From contig NZ_JABEZU010000004.1 in NCBI RefSeq assembly GCF_013149785.1, forward strand, positions 124,001 through 188,000: a stretch of DNA of 64,000 bases, written 5' to 3'. Origin of the DNA: Isoptericola halotolerans (GTDB lineage: Bacteria; Actinomycetota; Actinomycetes; Actinomycetales; Cellulomonadaceae). Positions 58,950 through 64,000 of this stretch are shown here, piece after piece. How positions within the stretch are numbered: the first letter of the stretch is position 1; the number at the start of each line of letters is the position of its first letter. The notes beneath the pieces were generated by a model. The model was not told the origin of the DNA. It saw only the letters and a list, made by a program, of their open reading frames with translations, and searched no databases. The translations under genes were made by a program, and so were the position numbers.

Positions 58950-59040
58950 TCGTCGTTGTCAGCAGTGTGCGGGGACCGGCGGTCTGCCGGAACCCACGGT
59001 CGATGGGAACCGTCCACCGGCCCGGCTCGTTCTGGGGGGT

Positions 59041-59847
59041 ATGGGCTTCCTCGACCGACTTCTCGGCAGGTCACGCGACGAGCGTTCCGACATCCCCGGC
59101 ATGACCGGTGGCGCCGCACCACGCGGCTACCAGTCCCCCACGCAGGACTACGCACGATCCGCCTACCAGCAGCCGACGACGACGCACACCGTGCCGTCGA
59201 CCCCGGCCGCCGGCCAGGCCCCGGGACGCCACCCGGACGACGTCGCCCTGGACCGCTACCGGTACCTGCTGCGGACGGCCCCGCCGGACGCCGTCGAGCA
59301 GGCCCATGCCGAGGCGTTCGCCCAGCTCTCCCCGGAGCAGCGTCGTCGGGTGCTGACGGAGGTCGGTGCCTCGCTCCCCGCGTCCGAACGCGCCACGTCC
59401 GACGACCCGCAGGCACTGGCACGGATGGCGACCCGGGCCGAGATGCGCAGCCCGGGCACCCTCGAGCGGTCGTTCGCCGGCTCGGGCGCCGGCCGCGCCG
59501 GCGCGCCGGGGTTCGGCAGCATGGTCGGCTCCAGCATGCTCGGGACCGTGGCCGGCGTGGTGATCGGCTCGGCCGTGGCGAACGCCCTGTTCGGTCCGAT
59601 GTTCGGCGACCCGAGCACCCCGGTCGCCGAGGATGCCGCCGCGGGCGGCGAAGAGGCCATGGACGACGGCGGTGACGTCGGCGGTGACATCGGCGACGGC
59701 GGGGTCGCCGAGGCCGGCATGGCCGATGCCGGGGGCGCCGAGGCGGCAGGCGACGAAGGACTCTTCGGCGGGTTCTTCGGTGGCGACGGCGGTGGTGGTC
59801 TCTTCGGTGGGGACGGCGGCGGGTTCGACGGCGGCTTCGACTTCTGA
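59041..59847 (+). CDS. Conserved actinobacterial hypothetical protein with Gly/Asp-rich tail
   Basis: MGFLDRL; YRYLLRTAPP..VEQAHAEAFA.L; LAR.ATRAE...PG; GGFDF end. Confidence 0.7.
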   Translation: MGFLDRLLGRSRDERSDIPGMTGGAAPRGYQSPTQDYARSAYQQPTTTHTVPSTPAAGQAPGRHPDDVALDRYRYLLRTAPPDAVEQAHAEAFAQLSPEQRRRVLTEVGASLPASERATSDDPQALARMATRAEMRSPGTLERSFAGSGAGRAGAPGFGSMVGSSMLGTVAGVVIGSAVANALFGPMFGDPSTPVAEDAAAGGEEAMDDGGDVGGDIGDGGVAEAGMADAGGAEAAGDEGLFGGFFGGDGGGGLFGGDGGGFDGGFDF

Positions 59848-59870
59848 GCTGTGCCGGGGTCGGCCGCGGG

Positions 59871-62800
59871 CTATCCCGCCCTCGTCGTCCCCGGCGGCGC
59901 CGGAGACCCCGCGAGGAGCCGCAGGAACGCCCCGAGCTGCTGCAGGTCACGCACCGAGGTCGGCAGGTAGTCGGTCAGTCGCGGTGAGCGGACCACGACC
60001 GCGCACCACTGGCCCCGCGAGACCGCGACGTTGACGCGGTTCCTGCTGAGCAGGAACCCCATCCCCCGCGGCACGTCCTCCGGGAGGACGCCGCCATCGA
60101 CAGGATCGCCACGGGTGCCTCCTGGCCCTGGAACTTGTCGACCGTGCCGACCGGGACGTCGTCCAGCCCGGCTGCCCCCAGTGCCCGCCGGACGGCCCAG
60201 ACCTGTGCGTTGTAGGCGGCGACCACGATGACGTCGGCAGCGCGCAGCTCGCGGGGTGCCTCGCCGAGTGCGCCGACCCAACCGCGCCCGAGCACCGCGC
60301 GCACCTGGTGCACCACCTCCTCGGCCTCCTCGACCGACGAGACCGCCCGACCCTCGTGCGGCACGAGCACCTCGTGCACCCCCGGGGCGATGCCGTCCAG
60401 CGACCGCCCGAGCGCGGTGGCGTGGGCGTGCAGCCGGCCGTCGTAGGCCAGCTCGGACACCCCGGCGCAGAGGTCGGGGTGCATGCGCCGCGAGGCCGGC
60501 AGGAAGTACCCGAGCCCCTCGGGCAGGGTCTCGTGCCCGTCGGCTAGCCACCCGAGCGCCGAGCCCGCGACGGCCGGGTCGGGGTGGGTGCCCTGGGACA
60601 CCTGGGGCAGCTGCTGCGGGTCACCGAGAAGGAGCAGCCGCGTCGCCGCCCGCGCCACGGCGACGGTGTTCGCGATCGCGAACTGGCCGGCCTCGTCGAC
60701 GACGAGCAGGTCCAGCCCGCCCTCGGGCCAGCGCTCGTGCGCGAAGTCCCAGGCCGTGCCGCCCACCACGCAGCCCTGCCCCGCCTCCTCGGCGCGGGCC
60801 GCGAAGGCCTGCAGCGCGTCGGGCTTCATCGGCTGCCAGGGCGGGTCGTCCGGGTCGCCCACGGACGCCTTCTTCGCGACCTGCTCGGCCGGGAGCCCCG
60901 CGCGGAGCACTCCCCCGAGCAGGTTGCCCACGACGGCGTGCGACTGTGCGACCACCCCGACCCGCCACCCGCTGCGGACCAGCGCGACGACGACGTGCGA
61001 CGCCAGGTACGTCTTGCCCGTCCCGGGCGGGCCCTGCACCGCGAGGTACGAGCGGTCGAGGCGCCGGACCGCCTGCTCCACCGCCGCGACGACGTCGGGC
61101 TCCCCGTCGTCACCCCTCCGGGGCTCGGGGAGGCCCCCGGTGACCCGCGGCGCCCGGCGCTGGAGGAGGTCGGTCATCGGGCCGGCGGGCAGTCGGTCGG
61201 CCATCGGCACGCCGCCGTCGGCCCCGCTGCTCCATGCCTGGCACGCCGACGACGCCGCCTCGGCGATCGCCCGCTCCTGCGGCCCGGCCCGCACGAAGCC
61301 GTTGACGGACATCCCGGACGGCATCTCGGAGTGCCGGTCGTGGTTGCCGCCCACCGCCTCCCGGACCGTGAAGACGTCCCGTTCGCCGTCGCCGTCGGGC
61401 TCTCGGCGCACGCCGGTGATCTCGACCCGGCCGTGGCAGCCGCGCACCGCGCGGGGGCCGAGCTCACCGACCACCTCCGGACCGGGCGCCTCGTACAGCA
61501 GGAACGCGCCGACGCCGACGCGCAGCTCGGACCCCTCGACGGCCGGGCAGGTGAGCTCCAGGACGCGCGACGGCGTGCGCCGGCCGGGCTCCACCTCCCA
61601 GTCGCGCAGCACGCGGCCGGACTCCACCACCGTCGCCGAACGGCGCCCCGGCCACTCGTCCGGCGGCAGCTCCAGCCGCGCGAAGTGGGCGTGCCAGAAC
61701 GGTTTGCCCTCGCGGCGGTGGTACCCCACCGCCGCGCCGAGGAGGCTCAGCGCCCGCACGGCGGCCACCTCGTCCGGGGCGTGCGGGTGAGCGTGCTCGA
61801 CGGCGGTGCGCACGTCCGCCTCGAGGCGGTCCCGGGCGGCCCGCTCCTCGTCGACGGCGATCTCCTCCGGCACGGCGAGCGGGGCCGCCACGGGCACCTC
61901 GACGGGGCCGACCACCTCGTCGTGCGCCCAGCGCAGCCAGTCGAGCAGGCGGAGGGTGGACAGGCAGTCGTACCGGTTGTAGTCGAGGATCTCCGCACGG
62001 CGGGCCGCCGCCTCGTCGTGCGCCCCGGCGGACACCAGGTCGCAGTACTCGGCGTACTCCACGACGGACGTCGCGGCGTCGGTCACCCCCGAGCGTGCGG
62101 CCTCGGCGCCCATGTAGAGCGGCTCGAGCTTCTTGATCGACCGTGACCGGTGCGAGATCCGCAGTCCCGCGCGCACGGTGGCGTACAGGTCCACGAGCAC
62201 CCCGGCCCGCAGGAGCTCGTCGACCTCCTCGTCGTACACCCCGTGCCGCGCCGCGATGGACAGCAGGTGCGTCCGCTCGTACGCGGCGTAGTGGTACACG
62301 TGCATGTCCGGCCACCTGCGGCGCCGGTCGGCCATCTCGTCCACGAACGCGACGAGCGCGCGCGCCTCGTCGGCGAGCGAGTCCGCCCACAGGGCATGGA
62401 ACGCCGGCCGCCCCTCGGCGTCGAGGTCGCGCGTCACCCAGCCGAACAGGTAGTCGATACCGGACGCCGCGGGGGCGCCGAGGCCGTCCGACGGGGCCCA
62501 CAGCGGGTCGCCCTCGAAGTCGAAGAACACGTCCCCCTCGCTGGGCGGGGGCAGCCGCTCGACCGCGCGCGGGTCCGTCAGCGCCCAGCGCAGCTCGGCG
62601 GGCCCGTCGTCCGTCTCGATCTTCACCGAGCCGTGCCCGGGCTCCGTCCCGAGCTGCAGCCCGGCCTGGAGGCGGAGCCCGGCGAACCGGTCGGCGCTCA
62701 TCCCTCCCGGTGGCGAGGTCGCCGCGGCCAGCGCCTCCATCGTGGTGATCCCGGCCTCGCCCAGCCGCGCGCGCTGCGGCCCGTACACCCCGGCGACGAG

Positions 62801-63640
62801 CAGCACGTCGGAGTGCGCCTGTGCAGCCTCGTCGCAGTCCGGGCACTGTCCCAGCCGCCGGCAGGCGGTGTGTCCCGGTGCGTCCCACTCCACCGCGGAG
62901 CCCTCCGTCACGTGCCGTTCGACGACCTCCAGCAAGCGGTCGCGACGCGCCCGGAACACCGGCAGCACCTCCGCCAGCAGATGATCGGTGCGCACGCCGG
63001 TGCCGAGCACCAGGTGCGCGTGCTCGGTGGGGTCGACGCCGGCCGCGAGGAGCTGGTCCGCGTACGCCGCGAGCTGGAGCACCGCGCGGACCTTCTCCCG
63101 CCGTGCGAGCTTCGTGTCCCACACCGCGTAGCGCGCCCCCGCAGGAGACCGGCCGGCCAGCGTCCCGCCGTCGGACCCCGCGCCGTCGGGCCCCGCCGAG
63201 GCGCTGCGCACCAGGAAGTCGGCCCGCCCGTGGAAGCGCCCGTCGAAGAACGACGCCTGGTAGACGACGTCCGCGCCCCCGGCCAACGCCGCGAGCGTCC
63301 GCTCGTGCGCGGCCGCGAGGCTGCCGACGTCCAGGCGTCGCGGCGGCTCGATCGCCACCACGCCGCCGGGCCCGCCACCGCTCGCCCAGCCGAGCTGCTC
63401 GACGAAGCCCGCCAGCACCGACCGCTCGTGGGACTCCCCCAGCGCTGCCGTCCGTTCCAGCATCTCGTCACGCTCGCGCCGTCGGCCGGGCGCGCGGCCG
63501 AGCACCTCGTCCAGGCGTCGCAGCAGCGCGTGCTCGCACTCCGCGGCGACCACGAGGTCGCTGGCCGAGTGCACGAGCCGCGGCATGACGTCGGTCGTCG
63601 ACGGCGCCCCGCCCGTGTCGCCCTCGCTCAGCAGGAACAT
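59871..63640 (-). CDS. TM0106-family RecB-like nuclease / RNase H-like / SF1 (DNA2-NAM7) helicase fusion, frameshifted near 60083
   Basis: GRADFL..WDTK...QLAAY; FFDFEGDP; YN.YDC; QGPPGTGKT; DEAGQ; GDPQQL; TVDKFQGQE; final motif NR.NVAVSR lies in a different frame. Confidence 0.88.
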
Positions 63641-63725
63641 GTCACAGGTCTACCAGCGCCCCCCGACATGGACCTCGGGACGCCCTGTCCGCCATAGTGG
63701 GTCCGCGCGATCACGAAGGAGCACC

Positions 63726-64000
63726 ATGTCCGTGCGGTTCAACCCCCCTCCCGGCTGGCAGGTACCCCCGGGCTTCCGGCCCGAGGCCGGCTGGTCACCC
63801 GACCCCTCCTGGCCCCCGGCACCCCCCGGCTGGGAGTACTGGGTCGAGGAGCCGGCGGCGCCCGCCCCGTCGTACGCCCCGGCGTCGGCGTCACGGCCGG
63901 CACCTCAGGACGTCGGCGCGACGGCGGTGCTCGCCCCGGTCGCGACGCCACCGCGGCCCGTGCCGGCACCGACGGTCCCCCCGGCCCGTTCCGAGGCGCC
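63726..64000 (+). CDS. Hypothetical protein with Pro/Trp-rich N-terminal motif, 3'-partial
   Basis: GAAGGAG RBS; MSVRFNPPPGWQVPPGFRPEAGWSPDPSWPPAPPGWEYW; runs off the window. Confidence 0.75.
   Translation, partial: MSVRFNPPPGWQVPPGFRPEAGWSPDPSWPPAPPGWEYWVEEPAAPAPSYAPASASRPAPQDVGATAVLAPVATPPRPVPAPTVPPARSEA

Overview
Chromosomal window from a very GC-rich actinobacterium (Micrococcales-like, inferred from gene content). It holds about 50 genes, mostly housekeeping or metabolic: RlmC-type rRNA methyltransferase, a DDAH-family amidinohydrolase plus ornithine cyclodeaminase under an Lrp regulator, 5'-nucleotidase, mgsA, the oleA-oleBC-oleD olefin operon, threonine aldolase, a PiT transporter with PHO-box-like repeats, oligopeptidase B, a Liv-type ABC transporter, a cold-shock protein and a TM0106 nuclease-helicase. 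Two accessory features stand out. (1) A lower-GC defence island at about 25.5-31.6 kb carries an AluI-like Type II restriction-modification system, Vsr and a divergent DUF262-DUF1524 (GmrSD-like) gene. It is bounded by a 4 x 22-bp repeat array and a truncated LuxR gene. (2) An AbiEi-like/Vsr(DUF559)-like nuclease gene at 42.6-43.6 kb is bracketed by two copies of a long, spacer-less perfect palindrome. This resembles a REP/RAYT-type element but uses a different nuclease fold. Unrelated long palindromes lie between genes and in-frame inside oleD and oleBC, which suggests several families of mobile palindromic elements. No rRNA, tRNA, CRISPR array, integrase or transposase was found. All family assignments come from motif recognition by eye, not from database searches.
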